53,407 nucleotides of DNA from Nitrososphaerota archaeon (GCA_021159365.1 JAGGRY010000011.1:1-53407), one strand, 5' to 3'. Counted from the stretch's first letter, positions 17,887 through 27,144 are shown. Program-made: numbers and translations. Notes: a model not told the origin generated them from the sequence alone.

Positions 17887-18195
17887 GTGATAGATTTGGG
17901 AAATGATATTAAGAAGGTCATCGTGAGCTGTGGAACGGCTATAGCTACCGCGACGTATGTCGCCAGTAAGGTAAAGGAGATCGCCGAGGAGAATGGGATT
18001 AAGGTTGAGATAACTCAATGTAAAGCGGCTGAAGTTAATTACTACATATCTATGTTGGGGAAAGTCGATCTAATAGTCACGACCACTCCTGTAAACGTTC
18101 AGGGAATACCCGTGGTCAATGGTGTGCCATTTCTAAGCGGAGTCGGAGTGGAGCAAGTTAAGAAGAAGATAGTCGACATTTTGAAGAAGAGCTGA
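17887..18195 (+). CDS. PTS EIIB component (Gat/lactose-type, Cys phosphorylation site)
   Basis: 102 aa. KKVIVSCGTAIATATYVA carries the N-terminal active-site Cys, as in GatB. Start is GTG 17887 or TTG 17896. Confidence 0.75.
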   Translation: MIDLGNDIKKVIVSCGTAIATATYVASKVKEIAEENGIKVEITQCKAAEVNYYISMLGKVDLIVTTTPVNVQGIPVVNGVPFLSGVGVEQVKKKIVDILKKS

Positions 18196-18196
18196 G

Positions 18197-18688
18197 GTGA
18201 AGGCTACGAAGGTCTATTACACCTTCATCGACTGCGATGATAGCATAGAGACCCTTAAAAGAGTAAGTGAATATCTTTACAATAAAGGCCTTGTAAAGGA
18301 GACATACGTTGAATCTCTGTTAAAGAGGGAGAAAGAATTTCCAACAGGTCTTCAAAGCGAGAAAGGAGTCGGAGTCGCAATACCTCACGCCGACATTGAG
18401 CACGTCTTAGAGGAGGCTTTCGTCGCGATATTTCCAACAAAGACCTTACATTTCCATAAGATGGATGAACCTGATAAGGAGATCCCCGTCGATCTGGTTC
18501 TCTTATTAGTCGTTAAATCTACTCAAGGCTATATGAAATTCCTATCAGATCTGGCCTCAACTATAAATGATGAAAAATTCGCCGAGCTTGTGGAGAGCAG
18601 AAAGACGGAAGAGATAATAGATTTCCTAGTCAAGAACATTCTAGAGAAACATTTCAAGGTGGAGCAAGTCGAGAGAGTAAAACTCTGA
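18197..18688 (+). CDS. PTS EIIA component (PTS_EIIA_2, mannitol/fructose/galactitol type)
   Basis: 163 aa. Phosphorylatable His in GVGVAIPHADIEH. The GTG start is 1 nt after the EIIB stop. Confidence 0.75.
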   Translation: MKATKVYYTFIDCDDSIETLKRVSEYLYNKGLVKETYVESLLKREKEFPTGLQSEKGVGVAIPHADIEHVLEEAFVAIFPTKTLHFHKMDEPDKEIPVDLVLLLVVKSTQGYMKFLSDLASTINDEKFAELVESRKTEEIIDFLVKNILEKHFKVEQVERVKL

Positions 18689-18768
18689 GAGAAATGAAAC
18701 ATAACTCGGATTTGGATGTCAATTCGTGATTAGCTTAGAGATCATTCCGTGAATCTAGGGCCGCGGTT

Positions 18769-19494
18769 TTATGGTCTCTCATGCCTCTTTTTGCTCTCAA
18801 GAATTAATGGATGAACTATTTGATGGATGTATTCGACAAACTCAGATTCAGGCATCTTTGTGAATGCAGTTACGACGCAGTTTCTAGTTAATCCCATGAC
18901 CTTATTCGTTCCAGTGACCGTGAACACGATATACCATATGTTTCCATGGCTTAGATACTCCTCATACAGTCCGGAATCCTTTAGAGATTCTCCATAGAGG
19001 GCTAATTTATCAACAGCTGGAAAATCTAGGTTGTCGAAGTATATCACCTTCGTCGCCTCGGGATTTCTTTCATGAAATTCCCTCATGACTTCTGGAGATA
19101 TTCTAGCCTCGGTTAAAGCCTTGTATGAGAGATAGAGGTGATGGGAGAGAATCGATGCGACGGCGTTTGCGAAATGCTTTTCTTGCACGACCGTTAGTAG
19201 GATCAGGTCTTCGAGTTTCCTGAAGATTATTCTAGCCTCAGTTGTCTTCAGGATTGGAACCTTTCTCCCTCTCTGGTTTATCAGAATTATCTTATCCTTG
19301 CTGAAGGTTCCCTCAAGCATGTCATCCTTCAGATCCAAGTCTTTCACCTCGGTCATGAGCTCAAAGTCCATCCCTTCCTCGCTCCGCTCGTCAACGACCC
19401 TATAGCCTCTAAGCTTATCCGCTATCTCTTCTAAGCTTGTATCGACCCTTATCTCGAAGATCTTCGCCGCGAGGGGCATCTCGATCCCTTTCAC
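18769..19494 (-). CDS. Hypothetical protein (no family recognised)
   Basis: 241-aa ORF with balanced composition, lying 27 nt downstream of the GNAT gene on the same strand. Confidence 0.5.
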   Translation of the reverse strand: MKGIEMPLAAKIFEIRVDTSLEEIADKLRGYRVVDERSEEGMDFELMTEVKDLDLKDDMLEGTFSKDKIILINQRGRKVPILKTTEARIIFRKLEDLILLTVVQEKHFANAVASILSHHLYLSYKALTEARISPEVMREFHERNPEATKVIYFDNLDFPAVDKLALYGESLKDSGLYEEYLSHGNIWYIVFTVTGTNKVMGLTRNCVVTAFTKMPESEFVEYIHQIVHPLILESKKRHERP

Positions 19495-19521
19495 CAGAAT
19501 GGATCACGGAAGATATATAGG

Positions 19522-20034
19522 TTAGGATCTCTGGCTGAGCTTCTTCACAGCTCTATAGGCATCTCTTCCAGCTCCATAATAGTTCTCCAGTTTTTCGATG
19601 AATTCATAGCCCATGTTTCTATAGAGGTTTATTGCCGGCTGATTATCCACCGCGACTTCAAGGATTATCTCTTCACATCCCTCTCTCTTGAAGGAGTCTT
19701 CGATGACGTTCATCAAGAGCCTTCCAATGCCTCTTCCCCTAAGCTCAGGTCTAACGTTTATCGTATAGATCCTTCCAACTCTTCTCTTCCCAGATCTCTC
19801 AACTCTTCCCACGACGAATCCTAGAATGACATGATCTCTAACCGCTTTGAGGAAGATCGTCCTCTCATCTTTAAGCAGCCACCTATAGATCCACTTACTA
19901 TACGATTCTCTTCCAAAGCATTTGACCTCAATCTCATAGATCTCATCCAAGTCCTCCATCGCCGCCTTCTCGATCCTCACCTTAGCCTCCATATGCTTCC
20001 AAAGAGAGTATCTATCGGCTATCCTTATATTCAT
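19522..20034 (-). CDS. GNAT family N-acetyltransferase (RimI/Ard1-like)
   Basis: Acetyl-CoA binding motif RGRGIGRLLM, EIILEVAVDNQPAINLYRNMGY and YYGAGRDAY. An alternative start is ATG 19992 (MEAKVRIEKA). Confidence 0.75.
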   Translation of the reverse strand: MNIRIADRYSLWKHMEAKVRIEKAAMEDLDEIYEIEVKCFGRESYSKWIYRWLLKDERTIFLKAVRDHVILGFVVGRVERSGKRRVGRIYTINVRPELRGRGIGRLLMNVIEDSFKREGCEEIILEVAVDNQPAINLYRNMGYEFIEKLENYYGAGRDAYRAVKKLSQRS

Positions 20035-20064
20035 GGCCTAGAATCTCCTCTCGGTGCGAGTCAT

Positions 20065-20838
20065 TTGAAGGAACTCGCAGTCGTTAAGCTCGGAGGCTCT
20101 ATCATAACCGTTAAGGATAAGCCGTTTACTCTTAGGGGAAAGGTTCTCGAGAGGATTGGATCCGAGCTTTCAGGTCTGGAAGAGTCTTTGATCCTCGTTC
20201 ATGGGGGTGGATCATACGCTCATCCAGTTGCGAAGAAGTATTCAGTCTCGGAGGGTTATAGAGATGAAGAGCACTTGAGGGGGTTTATGGAGACCTCGAT
20301 CGCGGTTCGGAGATTAAACCTCGAAGTCGTTGAGAAACTTATTGAAGGCGGATTAAGATGTATAGGCATACCATCCTCAACAATATTCTCCACAAGTTCT
20401 GGAAGAATCCTCACATGCAGTCTTGAGCCCATATTCTTATCCCATAGAGTTAAGATTGCTCCAGTCACATGTGGAGATGTTGTATTCGACCGCGAGCTAG
20501 GTTTCACCGTTTTGTCGGGAGATGCTATTGCATCATATCTTGCGGTCAGGCTCAGGGCTAAGAGATTGATTTATGCAATAGATCTAGATGGAATCTATGT
20601 TAAAGATAGGGTTACAGGAGAGGTGAAGGTCGCTGAAGAGCTTAAACCTGGTATGAGGCTTGAACCTCTCGGAAAGATCAAGGAAGATGTCACCGGAGGA
20701 GTTATGGGAAAACTTGAAGAAGGATTTAGGGCGGCTGAGAACGGCGTCGAGGTCATGATAGTCAATGGATTAGCTGAAGGTAGGATAAGGGATGCTGTTT
20801 TAGGTAAGAGCGTTCTTGGAACAATTCTTAAAGTTTAG
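20065..20838 (+). CDS. Isopentenyl phosphate kinase (amino-acid kinase family)
   Basis: VVKLGGSIITVKDKPF and LVHGGGSYAHP motifs. The track ORF begins at 19831 but its first 78 codons run antisense through the GNAT gene; TTG 20065 is the first plausible start after it. Confidence 0.75.
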   Translation: MKELAVVKLGGSIITVKDKPFTLRGKVLERIGSELSGLEESLILVHGGGSYAHPVAKKYSVSEGYRDEEHLRGFMETSIAVRRLNLEVVEKLIEGGLRCIGIPSSTIFSTSSGRILTCSLEPIFLSHRVKIAPVTCGDVVFDRELGFTVLSGDAIASYLAVRLRAKRLIYAIDLDGIYVKDRVTGEVKVAEELKPGMRLEPLGKIKEDVTGGVMGKLEEGFRAAENGVEVMIVNGLAEGRIRDAVLGKSVLGTILKV

Positions 20839-21451
20839 GCTCTTGTTGAATCGCTAGAAAGTCATCCGGCTTAATGTTCTCGGCGAGCTCAGGAGTTAGG
20901 ACCCCTCTCTCTATCAATACTCTTCTAGCTAGATACCAAAATGCATATGGTAGAGCTAATCTTCCTCTATTGTTCATGGGGATCACTAGGTCGACGTCGG
21001 TGATCGTGTTGTCCGTGCTACACATGGCTATCACGGGTATCTGAGCTATTCTCGCCTCTATGACCGCCTGTCTATCATATCTTGGATCTGAGACCAGTAT
21101 CAGCTCCGGCTCGATATATGTTTCGAGGATTGGATTCGTGAATGATCCTGGCTCAAATCTCTCGGTTATCGGTATACATCCAGTTAATTCGCAGAATTTT
21201 TGAACGGGTTTTGTTCCATAAATATGGGTTGAGATCACCGCGACCTTCTCTGGGGAATAGTATGAGATGAATTTAGCGGCTATATTCAATCTCTCGATAG
21301 TCTTGTTTATGTCTATCAGGTATACTCCATCTGGTCTTTGCTTGAAGATGAACTGCTCCATATGCTTAACCTTTATCCTCGATCCTATGTGTAGTCCATG
21401 TCTCACGAGAATCTCTTGGATATCCACTTGTATCTCCTTCTCCTCACTCAT
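20828..21451 (-). CDS. rps2: 30S ribosomal protein uS2
   Basis: HIGSRIKVKHMEQFIFKQRPDGVYLIDINKT is typical of archaeal S2; 207 aa. Confidence 0.9.
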   Translation of the reverse strand: MSEEKEIQVDIQEILVRHGLHIGSRIKVKHMEQFIFKQRPDGVYLIDINKTIERLNIAAKFISYYSPEKVAVISTHIYGTKPVQKFCELTGCIPITERFEPGSFTNPILETYIEPELILVSDPRYDRQAVIEARIAQIPVIAMCSTDNTITDVDLVIPMNNRGRLALPYAFWYLARRVLIERGVLTPELAENIKPDDFLAIQQEPKL

Positions 21452-22698
21452 ATCTTAAACACCGCCATCTTATCTTCTCCAATAATTTCTCCTATTCTTA
21501 GAAGTTCATTCGCCTTCGCAACCCTCTCTCCGCCCACGACTCCCGCCTTCAAGAGCTTTCCACCCCAAGCGACCGCTAGTTGGGCCAAGGTTCCTTCGGG
21601 AGGTTCTCCAGATCTATGGGATACGGTTGGGACGATGCCTTTTTCATGAGCTATCCTTATCGTCTTCATGGCCGTTGTCAACAATCCAACTTGATTCGGC
21701 TTAATTATCACGGCTCTAACGGCTTTCTTCTCCGCCGCTTCTTCAAGTATCTCAGGTCTAGTGACTATCAGATCATCTCCACATATCAAGGTCTTGGATC
21801 CAATTTGTTTCGAGAGCTCGACGAATCCATCCATATCGTTTTCATCAAGCGGATCCTCGACATAGAATAAGTTGAACTTGTCCGTCCACTCGGCGACTCT
21901 ATTCATGTGATCTTCTCTGCTGAGCTCTATTCCTTCGGTCGGATAGACGTATTTCTCTTTCTTCGGATCCCATAGGCTTGAGGCAGCTATATCCACTCCG
22001 ATCCTGATCTCGAATCCAAGCTCATCAGATACCTCATCCGCTGCTTGCTTCAATATCTCCAATCCTTTCTCTGTGTTTACGGGTGGCGCATAGGCTCCTT
22101 CGTCACCTCTTCCAAGAGTGAATCCCCCGAGGTATTTGTCCAATAGTTCTCCGGCTCTTCGATGAACCATGAAGTTCGCCTTAACAGCTGAATAAACATC
22201 TCCTGCTCCTATCGGGCTCACCAAGAGCTCTTGCCAATCTGGAGCACCTTTTCCAGCATGTTTTCCCCCGCCGATGACGTTTCCAAGCGGATATGGTAGC
22301 CTAAATTCGTCGACCATTCTAAGATGTTCGAATAGGGATTTTCCTAGAGCTTTGGCCGCGGCTAAGGCTATTGCTAATGAGGTGGCGAAAGCGGCATTCC
22401 CACCGAGCTTCCTGAAGTCCTCGGTTCCATCAAATTCTCTTAGCAGATCATCAACGGCTTCCTGATTCGATGCATCAAATCCGATAAGCTTCTTGGATAG
22501 CTCATTATTTATCAGCTTTATCGATTCATCCACTCCTCCAATCGGATAATATGCAACCTCTTTCCCTCCCTTACTCTTTCCAGCCGGAGCCGCGGCTCTC
22601 CCATATCCTTCTCCAGCCCATACCTCGACCTCGACCGTCTCCTCTCCTCTACTGTTGTAAACTTTACGCGCTTTAACTTTCTTGATCTCGATCGCCAA
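21448..22698 (-). CDS. eno: Enolase
   Basis: IKARKVYNSRGEETVEVEV N-terminus, SHRSGE and KPNQVG motifs; 4-nt overlap with rps2. Confidence 0.9.
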   Translation of the reverse strand: MAIEIKKVKARKVYNSRGEETVEVEVWAGEGYGRAAAPAGKSKGGKEVAYYPIGGVDESIKLINNELSKKLIGFDASNQEAVDDLLREFDGTEDFRKLGGNAAFATSLAIALAAAKALGKSLFEHLRMVDEFRLPYPLGNVIGGGKHAGKGAPDWQELLVSPIGAGDVYSAVKANFMVHRRAGELLDKYLGGFTLGRGDEGAYAPPVNTEKGLEILKQAADEVSDELGFEIRIGVDIAASSLWDPKKEKYVYPTEGIELSREDHMNRVAEWTDKFNLFYVEDPLDENDMDGFVELSKQIGSKTLICGDDLIVTRPEILEEAAEKKAVRAVIIKPNQVGLLTTAMKTIRIAHEKGIVPTVSHRSGEPPEGTLAQLAVAWGGKLLKAGVVGGERVAKANELLRIGEIIGEDKMAVFKI

Positions 22699-22705
22699 TC
22701 ATCAT

Positions 22706-22933
22706 TCACCTCCCGGAATACTTCTTATGTTGGCTGAATAGGGTGTGGAGTCTTATCACTTCATCGAAGTATTCGTAGTGGCTTAGGAACATCCGCCTAC
22801 AGCAATATCTCTTTATTCCGAGATCATCTAAGACCTTTCCAGGCTCTTCTCCAGCCTCAACCCTCCGCTCATACTCTTCCCATTTATCCCCTATCAAGGC
22901 TCCGCATGTGAAACATCTGATCGGGAACATCAT
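22706..22933 (-). CDS. rpoN: DNA-directed RNA polymerase subunit Rpo10 (N)
   Basis: [10 protein letters not shown]...RYCCRRM zinc-binding signature. The start is at one of the tandem Met codons at 22933/22930, not at 22963. A TATA-like TTAAATATAG lies about 30-40 nt upstream on the minus strand. Confidence 0.85.
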   Translation of the reverse strand: MMFPIRCFTCGALIGDKWEEYERRVEAGEEPGKVLDDLGIKRYCCRRMFLSHYEYFDEVIRLHTLFSQHKKYSGR

Positions 22934-23175
22934 GCCTATTTCCAAGCCAAACACGGGAGACAACTATATTTAAGGTATGCTCACTTGGATCTTCGCCTAT
23001 CAGCTGTCTAGCTTTATTAGCGTCCCCTCAAACCGAGACTTCGAGAATTCCTTAAGGTTATCTGAATATCTCCAATTTAAGCTGATGTTTCTTAAGCTAC
23101 TTCCTCATATATTCACCAATCCTTCTATATTCCCTTTAACTCATCGCTAAACTATCGTCTCAGAAGATGCTCGTT

Positions 23176-23192
23176 TCAAAAAGAGATCTCTT
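23176..23192 (-). terminator. Possible terminator after uS9: 12-bp palindrome AAGAGATCTCTT running into a T5 tract on the minus strand
   Basis: The minus strand reads AAGAGATCTCTTTTTG starting 11 nt after the rps9 stop. Archaeal termination at oligo-T is established, but the hairpin itself would be weak. Confidence 0.3.
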
Positions 23193-23202
23193 AAAGAGGA
23201 GA

Positions 23203-23610
23203 TTATCTATATGACTTCTGCTTGAATCTTCTCGCAGAGTATCTGTTAGGTTTCTTAGGCTCAGCCTGTCTGGGATCGCCTGCCAGCAATACTCTACTGT
23301 ATTCTTTTATCAGCTTTTTTGCGGACTCGCTCTTCGAGGCTAATGCCCTCGCTATCGCGAATGAGACTGCGTCGGCGATCGCTATGATGCCCCCGCCCCT
23401 GACCTTTACGTCGAAGTCGTGGCTTTTCCAGAACTTCTCGTTGAAGTAGAGTGGGGTTAAGATTTTGGCTCTGACGATCTCGTTTCCAAAGTATTCGAGG
23501 GGCTGATTGTTGATGAATATTCTTCCAGTCCCCGGTCTAACTACGAGCCTGGCCACAGCGGTCTTCCTCTTCCCGACGAAAGGACCTAAGACCTTCGTCA
23601 ATTCTGCCAC
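23203..23610 (-). CDS. rps9: 30S ribosomal protein uS9
   Basis: 135 aa, ending in ...RFKQKSYR, with GGGIIAIADAV in the body. Confidence 0.9.
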   Translation of the reverse strand: MAELTKVLGPFVGKRKTAVARLVVRPGTGRIFINNQPLEYFGNEIVRAKILTPLYFNEKFWKSHDFDVKVRGGGIIAIADAVSFAIARALASKSESAKKLIKEYSRVLLAGDPRQAEPKKPNRYSARRFKQKSYR

Positions 23611-23694
23611 CTATTCCGATCCATCTCTTGCCTAGCCATATTTTATACCTTTAAACTTTCAAACTTTTGAGAGAACGCTTCATGGATTAAGATC

Positions 23695-24180
23695 TTAACT
23701 CTTGGCTGCATACCTTCCTCCTGAGATGAGCTTGCTTAACTCGGCTATCGTCATATATCTTATGAGTTTTCCGGATCTGCTCCTCGCCTCCGTTAAGGCT
23801 GCTTCTGAAAAGCTCAGCTTCTCAACGTTTTCGTATTCTTTTGGAACTCCAGCATAGACCTTAAGCCTCTTTAGAGCTTCTCTACCTTTCGGCTTCTTTC
23901 TCGGAAGCATTCTCGCGATCGTATACCAGACCAGTCTGTCGGGTTTTCTTGGATACCAGACGTTTATCTTCTTATGAGATGAAAACTGTCTTCTCGCCAA
24001 GAGTTTTAGATATCTGTCTAGAATTGCTTGTTTCTTTCCGGTTATTATCGCTTTTTCGGCATTCACCACGATTACATTCATTCCCAAGAGGAGCATCTTG
24101 GCTATCTTGGAAGCCATCCTCCCAAGTCTCTGATTCGATGCATCCACGACTACCGTTCTTTTCGTCTCCGCTACCTCCAT
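23695..24180 (-). CDS. rpl13: 50S ribosomal protein uL13
   Basis: VVVDASNQRLGRMASKIAKMLL N-terminus; 161 aa. Confidence 0.9.
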   Translation of the reverse strand: MEVAETKRTVVVDASNQRLGRMASKIAKMLLLGMNVIVVNAEKAIITGKKQAILDRYLKLLARRQFSSHKKINVWYPRKPDRLVWYTIARMLPRKKPKGREALKRLKVYAGVPKEYENVEKLSFSEAALTEARSRSGKLIRYMTIAELSKLISGGRYAAKS

Positions 24181-24245
24181 CTCCAGAACCCGGAGACGAT
24201 CTGACTATATAAGCCTAAGCTTTTAGATCTCGTGATAACCTTCTG

Positions 24246-25214
24246 TTAGAGCTCTGAGACTATTCCAGGTATTCTCGGGAATGGTTGGACTTCGGCTACA
24301 TGTCTTACTCCGCAGACATATCCCACAAATCTCTCGACTCCGAGCCCTGCTCCGGCTGAGGGCTTGAGTAAGCCACGTTTAGCGAGGTTTAAGATGGACT
24401 CATAGTTCTCTCTTCTTAATCCATCTCTCTCGATCTTCCTGAGCATCTTCTCATACTCGTATTCCCTTTCTCCTCCTGAGATCACCTCGCCATATCCCTC
24501 TGGTAAGATTAGGTCGAAGTTTCTCCACATTCCAGTCTCCTCATCTTCATAGTCGTAAAATTCTCTTGGGATGTCTATGACCCATGCCGGATCATTTAGG
24601 TCTCTGGACAATTTTAGCTCCCAATCCTCTCCATATTCTTCTTCAAGTTCTCTTCGCTTAAAGACCTTGAATGGTGTTTTTGGAATTCTTAGCTCGCCTC
24701 TTCCAAGAATCTTCAACTCTTCTCCACACTTTTCCTTAACCGCCTTTATCGATTCGATTATCAGATCTTCATATACCTTAAAGACGTCGTCCATCTTCGC
24801 ATAAGCGATCTCGACTTCGAGTTGAGTGAACTCATAGAGATGTCTTCCAGTAAAAGCTCTATCCCTTCGCTCAATCCTGATGTTCGGTGAAAATATGAAG
24901 AACTTCTCCGGCCCTAAAGATACTAAAACCCTCTTTTGGAAGATCATGCTCTGCGTGGCCTTCACCCTGACTCCGTAGACCTCGATCTCAACCCTCTTCT
25001 CTATGCTCGCTCCAGGATCTGGCCATAGAGGATCCGTCGCCTTCGCTAGCATTATTGGCAGGATCCAGTAAAAACCTCTTTCAAGAAGCCTATTCGTCAT
25101 CGTTTTTAGGATCTCTGTCTTAATCCTTAGGATCGGCAGCTTCCTTCTATCCAATAACCCCTCGATAGACGCTAACTTCATGAGATCCGCTCGCTGTATT
25201 AGCTTCGACCTCAT
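24246..25214 (-). CDS. AsnRS/AspRS-like class II synthetase catalytic core without anticodon-binding domain (archaeal asparagine synthetase A-like)
   Basis: Class II motif 2 (FTGRHLYEFTQLEVE) and motif 3 (GAGLGVERFV) are present, but there is no N-terminal OB-fold. The start is uncertain (ATG 25214, 25244 or 25295). Confidence 0.7.
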   Translation of the reverse strand: MRSKLIQRADLMKLASIEGLLDRRKLPILRIKTEILKTMTNRLLERGFYWILPIMLAKATDPLWPDPGASIEKRVEIEVYGVRVKATQSMIFQKRVLVSLGPEKFFIFSPNIRIERRDRAFTGRHLYEFTQLEVEIAYAKMDDVFKVYEDLIIESIKAVKEKCGEELKILGRGELRIPKTPFKVFKRRELEEEYGEDWELKLSRDLNDPAWVIDIPREFYDYEDEETGMWRNFDLILPEGYGEVISGGEREYEYEKMLRKIERDGLRRENYESILNLAKRGLLKPSAGAGLGVERFVGYVCGVRHVAEVQPFPRIPGIVSEL

Positions 25215-25400
25215 CTCTCTCACGAGGACTTGAGTTAGGCACATATTTGTCTTTTTTATTGGAAATAGATCATTTTGACGGTAAAATAATGTCATACCAT
25301 TGAGTTTATCGTCTAATTGACGAGCTGAGAGAGGGTACGAGGCTCCTCGGCTCCGGATCTGAGGGCATGTTTTATTAAGGTGAAGTGATCTAAATATACC

Positions 25401-25970
25401 ATGTCTGAAAAGGTGGAGTGGGCTTCTCCAGGAGCATTGGGTCTCGCCGGATTCGGGCTCACCACCGTTCTCTTAAACCTCCATAATGCGGGGCTGATCG
25501 AGGTGCCGTTGATCACCTTTTGCTATGGATTCTTCTATGGTGGAGTGGCTCAAGTGATAGCTGGAATAATCGATGGGAGGCGTGGAGATATCTTCGGCTT
25601 AACGGCCTTCACTTCCTACGGCCTCTTCTGGATAGGATTGGCGCTGGCGACGCTTCTAGACTGGCTTAAGATAGTGACTTTAACTCCAGTTGAGGCTGGA
25701 TATGTGATGTTGATGTGGGGGATCTTCACCGCCTACCTGACCCCCGGCTCCTTTAAGATAACTAGATTCGCTCTGCCGACGGTCTTCGTCTCCTTGACGA
25801 TCCTCTTCTTCCTCCTCTCGGCGGCTTTCTTCGTAATCGCTTCAGGTGGATCCGTTCTACTCCTTAGGATCGCTGGAATCGAGGGAATATTCTGCGGATT
25901 GAGCGCGATGTACACTTCAGCTGGAATCGTCTTGAATACGCATCTCGGTAGAGAGGTTCTCCCACTCTAA
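25401..25970 (+). CDS. GPR1/FUN34/YaaH (SatP/AceTr) family acetate-succinate channel
   Basis: The N-terminal signature SPGALGLAGFGLTTVLLNLHNAG matches NPAPLGL..FG.TT..LNLHN. There are six predicted TM segments. The 3' end overlaps the eL18 gene convergently by 4 nt. Confidence 0.75.
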   Translation: MSEKVEWASPGALGLAGFGLTTVLLNLHNAGLIEVPLITFCYGFFYGGVAQVIAGIIDGRRGDIFGLTAFTSYGLFWIGLALATLLDWLKIVTLTPVEAGYVMLMWGIFTAYLTPGSFKITRFALPTVFVSLTILFFLLSAAFFVIASGGSVLLLRIAGIEGIFCGLSAMYTSAGIVLNTHLGREVLPL

Positions 25971-26329
25971 CCTATCAGCTTGACGCCGCTGCCACTCGGA
26001 TATCTTTCAGCAAATTCCTTGGTCGTTAGAATCGTCCCACCGGCTTCCAAAATTTTTTCATATGCTTTCTTCGAGAACCCGAAGGCTCCTATCGTTATTG
26101 GATGATCTATGTCTCCAGCTCCTAAGACTTTTCCGACGACGTAGACCACGTCTCCGCTCTTCGTAAGCCTGTTGAGCTTGTAGAGGTTTACGACTCTCCT
26201 ATTTCTCCTAGATCTCTCAGCTTCTTCGAGAATCCTTCTCCAAAATCTACTCTTCGCCGCAGGCTTCGGAATAGCCTTGAGTATGCTTAGCTTAAGCCCT
26301 GGTCTAACGGTTTTCCTCCTACTCACCAT
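25967..26329 (-). CDS. rpl18e: 50S ribosomal protein eL18 (L18e)
   Basis: 120 aa and basic, with VVNLYKLNRLTKSGDVVYVVGKVLG typical of L18e. It sits downstream of rpoD, as in other archaea. Confidence 0.8.
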   Translation of the reverse strand: MVSRRKTVRPGLKLSILKAIPKPAAKSRFWRRILEEAERSRRNRRVVNLYKLNRLTKSGDVVYVVGKVLGAGDIDHPITIGAFGFSKKAYEKILEAGGTILTTKEFAERYPSGSGVKLIG

Positions 26330-26370
26330 CCCCGATTCTTCTAAGGATTAGCTTGGGTTAATCATAAAGA

Positions 26371-27033
26371 TTAATTCGCCTTCAATTCCTCTAGGAGCTT
26401 ACTGAACTTCTCCTCAAATTCTGAAGTCTTCTTCTCTAAGGCTTTCGCGGCCTCGATTAGGATCCGCTTCGGGGGCAGAAATCCTATCGACTCGACATAG
26501 AGTATCCTCTTATTTGGATCTCCATTCTTAGACTCATAGAGGGATGAGATGGCTGCTTGCCACTTCGCATTCTTTCTCCCTCTTCCAACCCTGACATATA
26601 GCTCCATCTCTATTCTTTGGCCTGGCGCGAGCTTCACTATCGGGATCTTTGGGCTAACGGGCTTCGCGGTGGTTGTGGGATCTTCTGGAATCATATCTCC
26701 AGAATAGACTGTTATCGGCTCATCCTTCGCCTCAGCCCTCAAAATATATCTCACGGCGCATTTATCGCATCCAAGTCTGCTTCCACAATTACATTCCTCT
26801 GGTGGAACATATCTATCTATGTCGGATTTGAATGGTATTAGGGAGATTCTATGGGCCAAGACATCATTCGGCATGGCCGACGTATTCTCTATTAGTAGAA
26901 TCTCTTCAACGGCCATGGTTGGAACCTCGTTTATCGTGAATCTCCTTATTGCGTTCGCGATCGAGAGTGGAACTCCTTCAAGCTCAACCTTAACAGTCTT
27001 ATCATCTGCTTCGAGAAGCTTAACCGAGATCAT
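26371..27033 (-). CDS. rpoD: DNA-directed RNA polymerase subunit Rpo3 (D)
   Basis: LSIANAIRRFTINEVPTMAVEEI dimerisation motif and an internal Cys cluster CNCGSRLGCDKC. ATG 27033 is preferred over the GTG at 27051. Confidence 0.85.
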   Translation of the reverse strand: MISVKLLEADDKTVKVELEGVPLSIANAIRRFTINEVPTMAVEEILLIENTSAMPNDVLAHRISLIPFKSDIDRYVPPEECNCGSRLGCDKCAVRYILRAEAKDEPITVYSGDMIPEDPTTTAKPVSPKIPIVKLAPGQRIEMELYVRVGRGRKNAKWQAAISSLYESKNGDPNKRILYVESIGFLPPKRILIEAAKALEKKTSEFEEKFSKLLEELKAN

Positions 27034-27144
27034 CCAGCCGAGACTTATCACTTGAAGCCATCTTAAAAGTATTTGCGGCCATGATCGAAAACGTGATCTA
27101 TGAAGTTAAATCCTTATCAGCCGGATCAGTTTATCCTAATCTTG

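Noticed and set aside
19831-20064. N-terminal 78 codons of the 335-aa track ORF for isopentenyl phosphate kinase
   Set aside because: This part runs antisense through the GNAT gene and has no kinase-like sequence. Kinase homology begins at VVKLGGS. I therefore trimmed the start to TTG 20065.
22964-23175. Searched the 239-bp uS9-Rpo10 gap for rpoK, a small ORF or an sRNA
   Set aside because: Both strands show only very short ORFs interrupted by stops. There is no ordered C/D box set and no tRNA-like T-loop. Only a TATA-like element for rpoN and a possible terminator were retained.
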